This document shows positions 1-10,204 of a DNA stretch of 64,000 nucleotides, piece by piece. How positions within the stretch are numbered: the stretch's first letter is position 1; the number at the start of each line of letters is the position of its first letter. The position numbers and the translations under genes were made by a program. The DNA is from Lachnospiraceae bacterium. GTDB lineage: Bacteria > Bacillota > Clostridia > Lachnospirales > Lachnospiraceae. A model generated the notes under the pieces. It was not told where the DNA came from. It did not search any database and worked only from the letters and a program-made list of their open reading frames with translations. The stretch covers positions 60,412 through 124,411 of the forward strand of contig JAGBOC010000011.1 in assembly GCA_017634065.1 (NCBI GenBank), given 5' to 3'.

Positions 1-2310
1 GCTCTTAAGATGCATGTACATCCTTCTATATCAACAGATGAAAATATAAAAAACTTTGAAAGACAGCTTAAGCAAATATCTGCAATTTATGATTGGGATA
101 TGGAACTAAAAACTACAGATCCAGATTATTATAGATGGACACAGTGGATATTTGTAAAACTTTTTGAAAAAGGTCTTGCATATGAAAAAGAGTTTCCAAT
201 AAATTGGTGTCCAAGTTGTAAGACAGGACTTTCAAATGAAGATGTCGTAGATGGGTGCTGTGAAAGATGTGGAACACCTGTTACTAAAAAGAACTTAAGA
301 CAGTGGATGCTTAAGATTACAGATTATGCAGAGAGATTATTAAATGATCTTGACAAACTTGATTGGCCAGAGAAAGTAAAAAAAATGCAGACGGAGTGGA
401 TTGGCAAATCATATGGCGCAGAAGTTGATTTTGAAATCGCAGATGAAGTTGCGAGTAAAACCGTAGGGGCGAGCAAAGCCGTAGGGGCGAGCAAAACCGT
501 AGGGGCGAGCACTGCGAGCCCTAACATCGTAGAGGCGAACAAAACTGTAGTAGCGAGTGAATCAGTAGGGGCGAGCACTGCGAGCCCTAGTAAAAATAAA
601 ATTACTGTCTACACCACTCGCCCTGACACTTTGTATGGTGCTACATTTATGGTACTTGCACCAGAACATGACCTTGCGATGAAACTTGCGACAGATGATA
701 AAAGAGCAGAAGTTGAAAATTATATAAAGACTGCATCGATGAAAACTAATGTAGACAGGATGCAAGTTTCAGATAAAGATAAAACTGGTGTATGGACTGG
801 AAGATATGCTATAAATCCATTAAATGGTAAAAAGATTCCTATATGGATTTCTGATTATGTATTAAATGATTATGGAACAGGTGCCATAATGTGTGTCCCA
901 GCTCACGACACAAGAGACTTTGCATTTGCAAAAAAGTTTAATCTTGATATTGTACCAGTTATCGCTCCAAAAGATGATATACATAAGTTTGATAATGGTA
1001 TGGATGAAGCATTTGTATCAACTGATGGTATAGTTATTAACTCAGGCGAATGGGATGGAAGAGTATCAAGTGAATTAAAGAAAAATGCGCCTGATGAATT
1101 AGAAAAGAAAGGCATAGGAAAGAAAACTGTAAATTATAAAATAAGAGATTGGGTTTTCTCAAGACAGAGATATTGGGGAGAGCCTATACCTATAGTTCAT
1201 TGCCCTAAATGTGGAAATGTCGCAGTGCCAGTAGAAGAACTTCCGCTAAAACTTCCAGATGTAAAATCTTATGAACCATCGGGAACAGGGGAGTCTCCAC
1301 TTGTAAATATCACTGATTGGGTAAATTGCAAATGTCCAAAGTGTGGTGGCGATGCAAAAAGAGAAACAAATACTATGCCACAGTGGGCAGGTTCATCTTG
1401 GTATTTCCTTCGGTATATAGATGTACATAATGATAAGGCTCTTGTCGACAAAGAAAAGGCTGACAAATATCTTCCAGTAGATATGTATATTGGTGGAGTT
1501 GAACATGCTGTTCTTCATCTTTTGTATTCAAGATTTTGGACAAAGTTTTTATATGATATAGGTGCTATAGGTTTTGATGAGCCATTTCATAAATTATTCA
1601 ATCAAGGAATGATACTTGGACCTAAAGGTGTCAAGATGAGTAAGTCGCTTGGCAATGTAGTTAATCCTGATGAGATGGTTGATAATTATGGATGTGATAC
1701 ACTTCGTATGTATGAACTCTTTATAGGACCTCCAGATATGGATGCAGCATGGGATGATAGAGGCATAGAAGGAGTATATAAATATCTTAATAGACTTTAC
1801 AATTTAGTTGAAAAAAATGTAAATGAAAATAGAGAAGCAACTAAAGAATGTCTATACATAAGACATAATCTTATAAAAGCTGTGACTGATAGGCTTGAGA
1901 AGTTTTCGCTTAATACAGTCATCTCTGGTTTTATGGAGTATACGAACTCACTTATAGAGCTTGATAGAAAAGAAGGCTATATTGACAAAGAGACATTAAA
2001 AACTATCGCTGTCTTATTATCGCCATTTGCACCACATGTAGCTGAAGAGTTTTATCATATGTTAGGTGGAAATGGCACTGTATTTGAAGCAGGTTGGCCA
2101 AAGTTTGATGAGAACCTCGCAAAAGCTGATACAGTGAAACTTCCTATACAGGTAAATGGCAAGACAAGAGGTTTCGTAGAAGTAGATGCAGGAGCTGATG
2201 AAAAAGAAGTTATTAATAAAGCAAAAGAAACCATAAAAGAAAAACTTACCGGTGACATAGTTAAAGAAATCTATGTAAAAGGAAAAATTATTAACTTTGT
2301 CGTGAAATAG
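1..2310 (+). CDS. leuS: Leucyl-tRNA synthetase, 5' end outside window; carries an in-frame repeat-derived insertion
   Basis: Frame 1 is open from base 1. Class I LeuRS blocks present: 'YYRWTQWIFVKLFEKGLAY', 'TTRPDTLYGATFMVLAPEH', 'VKMSKSLGN' (KMSKS). The usual N-terminal ~120 aa are missing. Confidence 0.96.
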   Translation, partial: ALKMHVHPSISTDENIKNFERQLKQISAIYDWDMELKTTDPDYYRWTQWIFVKLFEKGLAYEKEFPINWCPSCKTGLSNEDVVDGCCERCGTPVTKKNLRQWMLKITDYAERLLNDLDKLDWPEKVKKMQTEWIGKSYGAEVDFEIADEVASKTVGASKAVGASKTVGASTASPNIVEANKTVVASESVGASTASPSKNKITVYTTRPDTLYGATFMVLAPEHDLAMKLATDDKRAEVENYIKTASMKTNVDRMQVSDKDKTGVWTGRYAINPLNGKKIPIWISDYVLNDYGTGAIMCVPAHDTRDFAFAKKFNLDIVPVIAPKDDIHKFDNGMDEAFVSTDGIVINSGEWDGRVSSELKKNAPDELEKKGIGKKTVNYKIRDWVFSRQRYWGEPIPIVHCPKCGNVAVPVEELPLKLPDVKSYEPSGTGESPLVNITDWVNCKCPKCGGDAKRETNTMPQWAGSSWYFLRYIDVHNDKALVDKEKADKYLPVDMYIGGVEHAVLHLLYSRFWTKFLYDIGAIGFDEPFHKLFNQGMILGPKGVKMSKSLGNVVNPDEMVDNYGCDTLRMYELFIGPPDMDAAWDDRGIEGVYKYLNRLYNLVEKNVNENREATKECLYIRHNLIKAVTDRLEKFSLNTVISGFMEYTNSLIELDRKEGYIDKETLKTIAVLLSPFAPHVAEEFYHMLGGNGTVFEAGWPKFDENLAKADTVKLPIQVNGKTRGFVEVDAGADEKEVINKAKETIKEKLTGDIVKEIYVKGKIINFVVK
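451..589 (+). repeat. In-frame array of GTAG-type GC-rich repeat units inside leuS
   Basis: GTAG units start at 463, 481, 499, 529, 547 and 565 (spacings 18, 18, 30, 18, 18 nt, all multiples of 3). Full copies 'gtaggggcgagcactgcgagccc' at 499 and 565. Translated as 'VGASKAVGASKTVGASTASP...VGASTASP'. Confidence 0.9.
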
Positions 2311-2380
2311 TTTTGAGTAATAGGTTGTCTATCAATCTGCGCTGAAGATATAAATATGGGAGAAGTTTTAGAAATACATT

Positions 2381-4216
2381 ATGGAATATAGAAATAGTAC
2401 AAATGAATATGGCAGAGGGTTAAGCGCTTATGGGGAAAATAGAAACTTAAGTCGCTCGAAAGATGCTCTTAATCGTTATAGACTTAGCAGAAGAAAAAAA
2501 TCAAATAACATATTTAAGATAGTAGGGCTTTCTGTCAGTGTCATAGTAGTTTTAGTTCTTGCGATTTTTGGTGCTTATAAGTTTATACAGTATAGAAATG
2601 AAAAGAAAGAAGTTGAAGGATATTCAAATATCCAGATGAAGCAAGACATCTACCTTGATTTTTCTATCATTGGGATGAAAGAATATCTTCCGATAAAAGG
2701 GCTTACTAAACAAGAAGTTTATGATAAAGTTCTTGGCTCTTATGATTTTGATATAACTATATCAAATAGTAATCCAGAAATAGATTTATTTGAAATGCCA
2801 AAGTATGGAGCTAAAGCAGAAGAGGAAGATTATAGTAAATATTTCAATAAGAGCAGTGACAATCTCGGCACAGGTCAAGAAGTAGAAGTAAAAAATCCCC
2901 TTGCAGATATTACTATCACAGCTACAAAGAATACTTATAAGTTATCTGACTTTGTAGAAGGGCAACTTAAAAAGTTTATAGATGATATCTACGATAAATA
3001 TTTATATGTGACGTCAAATGATTTTAATAAGAAAGATGTAGATGTAAGTAATCCTAATTTCAAAGCAGATTTTATATTTAATGTAAAGACAAATGATGAA
3101 AATCTTGATAATTCACTTTCTCAACTTGCAAGACTTTGGAATACAAAACCAGTAAAGGGACAGATAGAAGGATTTGATAGCGAGAGAAATGAGTTTACCT
3201 TTGGCGATGATCATAAAGGATATGTAGTTGATGAAGATGCACTCAGGAAGAGAATTATAGAAGAAGTAAATGCAGGTCATCTTAAGACTGAAATATGGAC
3301 TGTATTAAATATGGTTGATGCAGAAGGACCATCAGTAAAATCAAGATATAAATATGTATCAATGTTTGAGACTTGGACTACTGATAATGAAAAGAGAAAT
3401 AAAAATATTAATCTTGCATGTACTGGACTAAATGGTTATATAGTAAAGCCTGGTCAAGAGTTTTCATTTAATCAAGTTTTAGGTGAGAGGACAGAGGAAA
3501 GAGGTTACGACTATGCTCCAGCATATCTTGAAGGGCAAGTTATAGAAGAACTTGGCGGAGGTATATGTCAGGTAAGTACGACTCTTTATAATGCTGTATT
3601 TGCAGCAGGACTTACAACTACTTATCGAAAGTCACATACTTATGTGCCAAGTTATATCACACCAGGCCTTGATGCCACAGTTTCATTTTATGGACCTGAT
3701 TATAGATTTATAAATAATAGTAATTATACAGTTGGTATAAAAGCTCAATATTCAAAACAAAAAGTAAAGATAGATATATTTGCAGTGCCTTTACTTAAAG
3801 AGGGCCAGACACAAAATCTTGTATCAACAAAGATTCAAGATATGGATATCCCTACTTTATCAATAATAAATGAAGGTAAGGCAAGTAGAGGTAGCCAAGG
3901 TTCTGAATGGCAGGTATTTAAGGTTGTGAAAGAGGGCGACAAAGAGATAGAAAGAGTATTTGATCATCAAACTATATATCAAGGTCATACTCCTACTGCA
4001 TTTGAAGAATATACATATGTAGATGATGATGGTGTACTTCAGACAAGCAAGTTTGTAGAGACAAGAGAATCAGAATCAACAACAAGAAGAAGTACAAGTA
4101 TAACGACGGCAAGAAGAAATACTACTATCCAGAGTATAGTGCCAACTGAAAGTGCCACAGGAGTAGTTATAGAGATGGCACCAGGTGGTGGTAGCAGAAC
4201 TGGCCAACCACAATAA
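2381..4216 (+). CDS. VanW-domain protein with N-terminal membrane anchor
   Basis: TM segment 'IVGLSVSVIVVLVLAIFGAY'. VanW-like core 'KPGQEFSFNQVLGERTEERGY..A....G......GGGICQVSTTLYNA'. Confidence 0.8.
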   Translation: MEYRNSTNEYGRGLSAYGENRNLSRSKDALNRYRLSRRKKSNNIFKIVGLSVSVIVVLVLAIFGAYKFIQYRNEKKEVEGYSNIQMKQDIYLDFSIIGMKEYLPIKGLTKQEVYDKVLGSYDFDITISNSNPEIDLFEMPKYGAKAEEEDYSKYFNKSSDNLGTGQEVEVKNPLADITITATKNTYKLSDFVEGQLKKFIDDIYDKYLYVTSNDFNKKDVDVSNPNFKADFIFNVKTNDENLDNSLSQLARLWNTKPVKGQIEGFDSERNEFTFGDDHKGYVVDEDALRKRIIEEVNAGHLKTEIWTVLNMVDAEGPSVKSRYKYVSMFETWTTDNEKRNKNINLACTGLNGYIVKPGQEFSFNQVLGERTEERGYDYAPAYLEGQVIEELGGGICQVSTTLYNAVFAAGLTTTYRKSHTYVPSYITPGLDATVSFYGPDYRFINNSNYTVGIKAQYSKQKVKIDIFAVPLLKEGQTQNLVSTKIQDMDIPTLSIINEGKASRGSQGSEWQVFKVVKEGDKEIERVFDHQTIYQGHTPTAFEEYTYVDDDGVLQTSKFVETRESESTTRRSTSITTARRNTTIQSIVPTESATGVVIEMAPGGGSRTGQPQ

Positions 4217-4220
4217 TAAT

Positions 4221-4250
4221 GTAGGGGTGAGCATTGCGAACCCGAAAGGA
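4221..4250 (+). repeat. Single GTAG-type element ending in CCCGAAAGGA just upstream of the tpiA start
   Basis: 'gtaggggtgagcattgcgaacccgaaagga' followed 6 nt later by ATG 4257. No other SD is visible. Confidence 0.85.
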
Positions 4251-4256
4251 AAGAAT

Positions 4257-5000
4257 ATGAGAAAAAAAATTGTAGCAGGAAATTGGAAGATGAATATGAC
4301 TCCAACAGAGACAAAGGAGTTAATAGCAAAACTTAAAGACAAATGTAATACTGATGAGGTTGATGTATTATTTGTAGTGCCATCAATTGATGTGACAACA
4401 GCCTATGAGTGCTTAAAAGGAACAAAAATAAAACTTGGTACTCAAAACTTTTACTTTGAGGAAAAAGGCGCATACACTGGTGAGATTTCTGCAAAGATGA
4501 TTATCGATGCAGGAGCAGAGTATGTAATTATCGGTCACAGTGAGAGAAGAGGCATTTTCAAAGAAGATGATGAGATGATAAATAAGAAACTTATAGCTTC
4601 TCATAAGTTTGGATTAAAGCCAATACTTTGCTGTGGTGAGAGTCTTGAACTTCGTGAAAAGGGAACTTATAAAGCATTTATCGAAGGCCAGATAAAGTCA
4701 GCATTTAATGGTATTGATAAAAATCAAGCAGTAAATACAGTTATCGCTTATGAGCCTATCTGGGCAATCGGGACAGGAAAGACAGCTACATCTGATGAGG
4801 CTGAAGAGGTTTGCAAGTTTATAAGAGATGTTATAAAAGCTCTCTATGATGAAAGTGTTGCAAATGCAATTAGAATTCAATATGGTGGTTCAGTAAATGC
4901 TGGAAATGCAAAAGAGATTTTTTCTAAAGAAGATATAGACGGCGGTCTTGTAGGTGGAGCAAGTTTGAAAGAAGACTTTATAAATATAGTTCATTATTAA
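4257..5000 (+). CDS. tpiA: Triosephosphate isomerase
   Basis: 'AGNWKMN', 'IGHSERR', 'AYEPIWAIGTGKTAT'. Start moved to the internal ATG (MRKKIVAGNWKMN) behind the AAAGGA. Confidence 0.95.
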   Translation: MRKKIVAGNWKMNMTPTETKELIAKLKDKCNTDEVDVLFVVPSIDVTTAYECLKGTKIKLGTQNFYFEEKGAYTGEISAKMIIDAGAEYVIIGHSERRGIFKEDDEMINKKLIASHKFGLKPILCCGESLELREKGTYKAFIEGQIKSAFNGIDKNQAVNTVIAYEPIWAIGTGKTATSDEAEEVCKFIRDVIKALYDESVANAIRIQYGGSVNAGNAKEIFSKEDIDGGLVGGASLKEDFINIVHY

Positions 5001-5018
5001 AAATGATTAGAGGTAAGT

Positions 5019-6635
5019 GTGCCAAAGAAGAATAAAAATGAAATAGAAATATCAAATGCCATGGATGAAAATGTGTTAAATGATAACACTTCTATATTAG
5101 ATTTGGATAATGATGAAACTAGTGCTAGTGAAGAAAAAAGTGTAAAGAAAAATACAAGTAAGAGGGTTAGTCAAAAAAGTAATTCAGTTAAAAAAACTAA
5201 GCTTACGAAATCCAAGGCAGTAAAGGCTAAAAGTACTGCAAAGACAAAAAGTAAAGTTTCTAAAAATACTAAAAAGAATAGCAGTAAACAAATTCGCAAG
5301 AAGAATGATGATATTTCAACATATAGATCAAGTAGCAAGAAAATAGAAGATGAACTTCTTAAAGTTACAAATATTAAGTCAATTGAGCAGATAAAAAAGC
5401 CAAGAAGGATTGCTCTGATGATTGCTTTTTATGCTGTCGTAGTCATAGGTATTTTAACTTTCATTCTTATAAGATTTAGCAAACCTAAAAAAACTAATTT
5501 GCTTCTTGAAGAGTCAATAAATTATGAGTTTCTGACAGAAGATACTACAAGTAAGAGAATAGTAGAAGAAAGTTCATCTGATAAGATGGATGAAGAGATT
5601 TTAGAAACTATAGATTATAGAGAAAGTTCAAGTGAGATAGAGACAAAGGAAGCAACAGAGAAAACGACAGAAAAAGTGACACAAAAAGCAACGGAAAAAG
5701 TGACAGAGAAGGCAACAGAGAAAGTAACGGAGAAAAAGACAGAAAGAGCTACAGAGAAAAAGATAGAAAAAACAACAGAGCGTAAGACAGAAAGCACGAC
5801 AGAGTCAGCTGACATAAGTAAGAGACTTATGGAACTTACTACAAAGTCAGCAGACTCATATAAGTTAGAGACAGTTGAGAGAGAGACGGAACCAACTATG
5901 AGAGCCTGGCCAGAGAGAAGAACTATCGCAGAAATATTACCAAGATATAAAGATGTGTTATACTCATATCCAACATTTTATCAGATGTCTCTCTCTGAAA
6001 TAGGAGTTATAAATACTGCTCTTACTGAAAATTATGGCATTGCAAAAAATAAACTGTGGGGTGAAGAGATTTCATTTGCAAATAAAGGCTCAAATGGTCT
6101 CGTCTATTTAAACTATACTTATCTTCAGCAATATATTGAAAATTATACAAGTTCCGTAAGACAAGACTATGACAAGCTTAAATTGGCACCATATTATAAT
6201 TATATTATGAATGACAAGTTTCGCTATGACTATAAGACTTATACTACTAATCTTCAATTGAAACTTGACTTTAAGAATGCAAAAAATCAAGGAATGTATT
6301 ATGAGATACCAGCTATTATTTATGAACCGGCTGGAACAAATGTCTCATCAAATGGTATAAATAGGATAGATGTGAGAGTGCTAAAAAAGGCTAAAGTAGG
6401 CTATACCGAGAGTTTTTCACTCACATCACTTCTAGAAGTTCTTGATATAGAATGTCATACTAAACATAATCCATTTTTTGACATAGAGGATGTGATAGGT
6501 ATGAATCCTAAAGCAGTTTCGGACATGATAGGCAGTGGTTTTGATGTCAGATCCTTGATAGAAGATGAGATATTTAACTATGTCTTATTTGACAAAAAAG
6601 GTTATATAACAGCGCTTTATATGCTTAAATCTTAA
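5019..6635 (+). CDS. Hypothetical membrane protein with Lys/Ser-rich N-terminus and TEK-repeat region
   Basis: GTG start. Basic low-complexity N-terminus, one TM ('IALMIAFYAVVVIGILTFILI'), tandem 'ATEKVTEK' repeats (about 5640-5800). Confidence 0.6.
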   Translation: MPKKNKNEIEISNAMDENVLNDNTSILDLDNDETSASEEKSVKKNTSKRVSQKSNSVKKTKLTKSKAVKAKSTAKTKSKVSKNTKKNSSKQIRKKNDDISTYRSSSKKIEDELLKVTNIKSIEQIKKPRRIALMIAFYAVVVIGILTFILIRFSKPKKTNLLLEESINYEFLTEDTTSKRIVEESSSDKMDEEILETIDYRESSSEIETKEATEKTTEKVTQKATEKVTEKATEKVTEKKTERATEKKIEKTTERKTESTTESADISKRLMELTTKSADSYKLETVERETEPTMRAWPERRTIAEILPRYKDVLYSYPTFYQMSLSEIGVINTALTENYGIAKNKLWGEEISFANKGSNGLVYLNYTYLQQYIENYTSSVRQDYDKLKLAPYYNYIMNDKFRYDYKTYTTNLQLKLDFKNAKNQGMYYEIPAIIYEPAGTNVSSNGINRIDVRVLKKAKVGYTESFSLTSLLEVLDIECHTKHNPFFDIEDVIGMNPKAVSDMIGSGFDVRSLIEDEIFNYVLFDKKGYITALYMLKS

Positions 6636-6717
6636 TAGTTTTTTAATATTTTAGAGAGCCAATTTGTTGATTTTTTGTTAATATTATTCTATACTAATAG
6701 ATAGTAAGAGGTGTGAT

Positions 6718-8574
6718 ATGATTAGAAAAGTTTATAATTTTATTATTGCGACTTTAGTGGCTATCATGATGGTGAGCCAGGTAAGTTTTGTATTTGCTGC
6801 AAATGAAAGAGAACTTACTGATGATGAGAAGGCAGCATTCATAGTCCGCGATGAGTGGACTTCTTGGGTTCGTGATTTTACCGCATCTCTTTCTGAACTT
6901 GATAAAAATGCGACATCTAAAATCTATGACAACATGGATTTCTATGATATGCAGTATAGATTTACTGAAAAGTATAAAAAAGTTCCTGAGTATCTTGATG
7001 AGGATGGAAAGCCAACTCAAAAACTTAAGGATATGATAAAGACAAAGAGAAAGGAACTTGCAGGAGCAACTATAAGAGATTATTTGTGCTTCACTTCAAA
7101 TGCAGCAGGTTCTAAAATCTCGTATGCAAAAACTGGGTCAGTGACAACTGATGGTCTTGGTATCTCAACTGATGGAGTTTCATTTGTTGCTTGGGATGGC
7201 TCTGAAAAGACTATAGGTTCAGGTGAAACATTATACATTGTAAATAAAAGAAACTCATTAAGTACTGGTAGTGCTAATTTTCTACACTTTAATATCACTG
7301 GTAATGTATCAGTATCTGGTGACATATCTTCTCTTATAAACTTTAGTGATATATCATCTTTTTCATTTTTTAATTTATTTTCTGGATGCACAGGGCTTAC
7401 TAATGCTGAAGATTTAGTGTTGTCAAAGACAGCTGTTTCTTCGTACAATGGTATGTTTTATAACTGCACTAATTTGACTAGACCACCTGTGTTGTCAGCA
7501 ACTAGTCTATCAGCAAGTTGCTACGATAGTATGTTTGCTGGTTGTACAAATTTAACTTCTGCACCAAAACTTCCTGCAACGACACTTGCTAACGCTTGCT
7601 ATAGAAATATGTTTTCTGCTTGTTCAAGTTTGACAACTGCACCAGATTTACCAGCAACAACATTAGCAAATTCTTGTTATCAAGGGATGTTTAATGGTTG
7701 CTCATCACTTAATTCTATATCACTTGAATGGGAAGGAAACTTCTCTGGTACAGGAGTACCTACAGATGCATTTACAAATTGGGTAAATGGTGTAGCTAAT
7801 AGTGGAACATTCTATTATAGTGGTAGTGCTGATTCTACAGCAGATTCATCATATGGTGCGAGTGCTATGCCTAAAAATAGCACTAATAAATGGACTATAG
7901 GCAGAAATGATTACCTCAGATTCATATCAAGAAAAAATGGGTCACAGGTTGGATACTCATTGCATAACTTAACACGAAATAATATATACTATTCAAAAGA
8001 TAGAGTAACTTGGACACAATGGAATGGTAATTATGTAACTATCGACAATGGTGAAACATTGTATGTACATAATCGTGATAACCAGTTAGCGACAAGTACT
8101 ACTCAGTGTTTAATTTTTAATATGCCAAATTCAGGAGAAATAGAGGTTGCGGGAAATATTATGTCACTTGCCAATTTTAATACTACAGTACCATCAAGTT
8201 GTTTTTATGGAGTATTTGCTGGGGATTCTGGAATTGGAGATGGTTGTGATGCACTTGTAGATGCATCATCTTTAAAATTACCAAGTGCCATTGCTGCTGA
8301 ATGTTATCGAGAAATGTTTAATGGTTGCCGAAGATTGGTATATGGGCCAACATTACCAGCAACAACATTGGCATCAAATTGTTATATGCGCATGTTTCAG
8401 AACTGTACTTCGTTAATTAGTATTAAGCTTGGCTATACTGGATCTTTTGATAACGCATATTTTGCAGGATGGGTTAATAATATTAATACAGTCGGTACAT
8501 TATACTACAATGGCACAGGAACAGTGCGTGGTGGCAATGGTATCCCAACCAACTGGTCAGTAGTAACATACTAG
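6718..8574 (+). CDS. Secreted BspA-like leucine-rich-repeat surface protein, internally duplicated
   Basis: Signal peptide 'LVAIMMVSQVSFVFA'. Repeated 'F.GC..LT..P.LPATTLA..CY..MF..C.SL' units in two half-molecule copies. Confidence 0.7.
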   Translation: MIRKVYNFIIATLVAIMMVSQVSFVFAANERELTDDEKAAFIVRDEWTSWVRDFTASLSELDKNATSKIYDNMDFYDMQYRFTEKYKKVPEYLDEDGKPTQKLKDMIKTKRKELAGATIRDYLCFTSNAAGSKISYAKTGSVTTDGLGISTDGVSFVAWDGSEKTIGSGETLYIVNKRNSLSTGSANFLHFNITGNVSVSGDISSLINFSDISSFSFFNLFSGCTGLTNAEDLVLSKTAVSSYNGMFYNCTNLTRPPVLSATSLSASCYDSMFAGCTNLTSAPKLPATTLANACYRNMFSACSSLTTAPDLPATTLANSCYQGMFNGCSSLNSISLEWEGNFSGTGVPTDAFTNWVNGVANSGTFYYSGSADSTADSSYGASAMPKNSTNKWTIGRNDYLRFISRKNGSQVGYSLHNLTRNNIYYSKDRVTWTQWNGNYVTIDNGETLYVHNRDNQLATSTTQCLIFNMPNSGEIEVAGNIMSLANFNTTVPSSCFYGVFAGDSGIGDGCDALVDASSLKLPSAIAAECYREMFNGCRRLVYGPTLPATTLASNCYMRMFQNCTSLISIKLGYTGSFDNAYFAGWVNNINTVGTLYYNGTGTVRGGNGIPTNWSVVTY

Positions 8575-8675
8575 TAAAAAAAATTATATATATATACAAA
8601 ATAATACTAATTCAAAAAAAATGCAGTGATTAAAGTTTCAAGTCTTTAGCATAAATTATTAAAAAAGGGGTAAAA

Positions 8676-8966
8676 ATGAAATCTTTAACAAAGAAAGTTT
8701 TAATAATAATTTTATCAGTCTTGATTATGGGGGCTCTCGCGGCTATCCCTGGTTTTGCAGAGACACAGGAAGAATTAAAACAAATATTTGTGACAAGAGA
8801 TGAAGTGAACCTTTGGATTAATGGCAATGGCTCACAGACAGGTATAAGTGAAGTTCTTGCTAACCTTGAAGTGAATATGCAACAACAAGTTCAGTCAAAA
8901 GTTAAGATAGAAATGTCAAAAAGAGGCATCAAAGATAAAGCAGAGACTACAACGACAGCACCATAA
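8676..8966 (+). CDS. Small secreted hypothetical protein
   Basis: RBS 'aaaggggt' upstream, signal peptide 'LIIILSVLIMGALAAIPGFA', followed by a terminator. Confidence 0.5.
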   Translation: MKSLTKKVLIIILSVLIMGALAAIPGFAETQEELKQIFVTRDEVNLWINGNGSQTGISEVLANLEVNMQQQVQSKVKIEMSKRGIKDKAETTTTAP

Positions 8967-8985
8967 TTTAAAAATATGGTTTATA

Positions 8986-9012
8986 AAGGGTGGCATATGT
9001 CACCCTTTTTTA
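8986..9012 (+). terminator. Rho-independent terminator
   Basis: 'aagggtg-gcatatgt-caccctt' followed by a T-run. Confidence 0.7.
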
Positions 9013-9091
9013 TTTTCATTTTTATGAATAGTCAATATAATTGAAAAGCAAGATAAAATATGCTATTATTATTAGCAGAGGTGAATTAGCA

Positions 9092-10174
9092 ATGCCAAAG
9101 ATTAGTAAAAAAAATAAATTGTCAATAATTGAAAGTGATAGTCAGGGGCTTGATGAGAGAAAAAGAGACATTTTAATAACTATTATAAAGTTATATTTAG
9201 ATACTGGAGAGCCAGTAGGCTCAAGAACTATAAGTAAACTTCCAGATATGGGCTTAAGCCCTGCAACTATAAGAAATGAGATGAGTGATCTTGAAGACCT
9301 TGGCTTTTTAATTAAACCACATACGTCAGCAGGTCGTATTCCTTCTGATAAGGGTTATCGTTTATATGTAAATAACCTAATGAAGGAAAAGGAAGTCGAG
9401 ATAAAAAATCTAAAGACAGAAATGACGGCAAGAGTTGACAAACTTGAAGATATGATGAAGACATTAGTTAAGACACTTGCTACAAATACAAATTATGCTG
9501 CCATGATAGCGGGACCTTCGGTGGATAATAACAAAATAAAGTATGTCCAGCTTTCAAATCTTGAAGATAAGAAGGTACTTGCGGTAGTCGTTGCTGAAGG
9601 AAATGTAGTTAAGACAAGAATAGTTGATTTTGACAAAATTATAGATGCAAAGGTTATACTTGATTTAAACCAAAATCTAAACAACATACTATCAGGGGTA
9701 AAAGTTTCAGACCTTGTATCAGATAAAATAAAATCTGAAATTAATAAATTAAAAAATAATAAAAATGAAATAAGTATCCTTATAAATGGCATAAAAGAAT
9801 CATTTGAAGAAAAAGATACTTCTGACAATATCTGGACATATGGTTCAAATAACTTTTTCCGCTATAAGGAATTTGAAGAGTCTGGAAATGTCAAAGATTT
9901 GGTTGAGACATTTGAGCAGAAGAAGGACTTAAAGAAACTTGTTGATAAGGTCAATGAGGAAAACACAGAGACAGGATTAAGGGTCTATATAGGAGAAGAA
10001 TCGTCAGTAAATGCTATGAAAGACTGCTCCGTAGTCACAGCTAATTGTGATTTTGGAAATGGTATGAGAGGGACGATAGGTGTAGTAGGACCGAAGAGAA
10101 TGGATTATGAGAAGGTGCTTAAAACTATAAAGAACACTATGATAAATATCAATAAAGAGTTAACTAATAAATAA
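9092..10174 (+). CDS. hrcA: Heat-inducible transcription repressor HrcA
   Basis: 'LDERKRDIL..II..Y...GEPVGSRTISK' winged-helix N-terminus, length about 360 aa. Start set at ATG 9092 (MPKISKK). Confidence 0.85.
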   Translation: MPKISKKNKLSIIESDSQGLDERKRDILITIIKLYLDTGEPVGSRTISKLPDMGLSPATIRNEMSDLEDLGFLIKPHTSAGRIPSDKGYRLYVNNLMKEKEVEIKNLKTEMTARVDKLEDMMKTLVKTLATNTNYAAMIAGPSVDNNKIKYVQLSNLEDKKVLAVVVAEGNVVKTRIVDFDKIIDAKVILDLNQNLNNILSGVKVSDLVSDKIKSEINKLKNNKNEISILINGIKESFEEKDTSDNIWTYGSNNFFRYKEFEESGNVKDLVETFEQKKDLKKLVDKVNEENTETGLRVYIGEESSVNAMKDCSVVTANCDFGNGMRGTIGVVGPKRMDYEKVLKTIKNTMININKELTNK

Positions 10175-10204
10175 TATGTTTTAATTAATAGGAGACTAAT
10201 AGTA

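Noticed and set aside
324-578. 84-aa - strand ORF 'LAPTVLLAPTALLAPTVLL'.
   Set aside because: It is the antisense reading of the repeat array inside leuS. It is an artefact of repeats lacking stop codons in both strands.
9041-9091. Possible CIRCE operator upstream of hrcA ('ttagcagaggtgaattagca').
   Set aside because: The two TTAGCA halves are direct, not inverted. There is no match to TTAGCACTC-N9-GAGTGCTAA.
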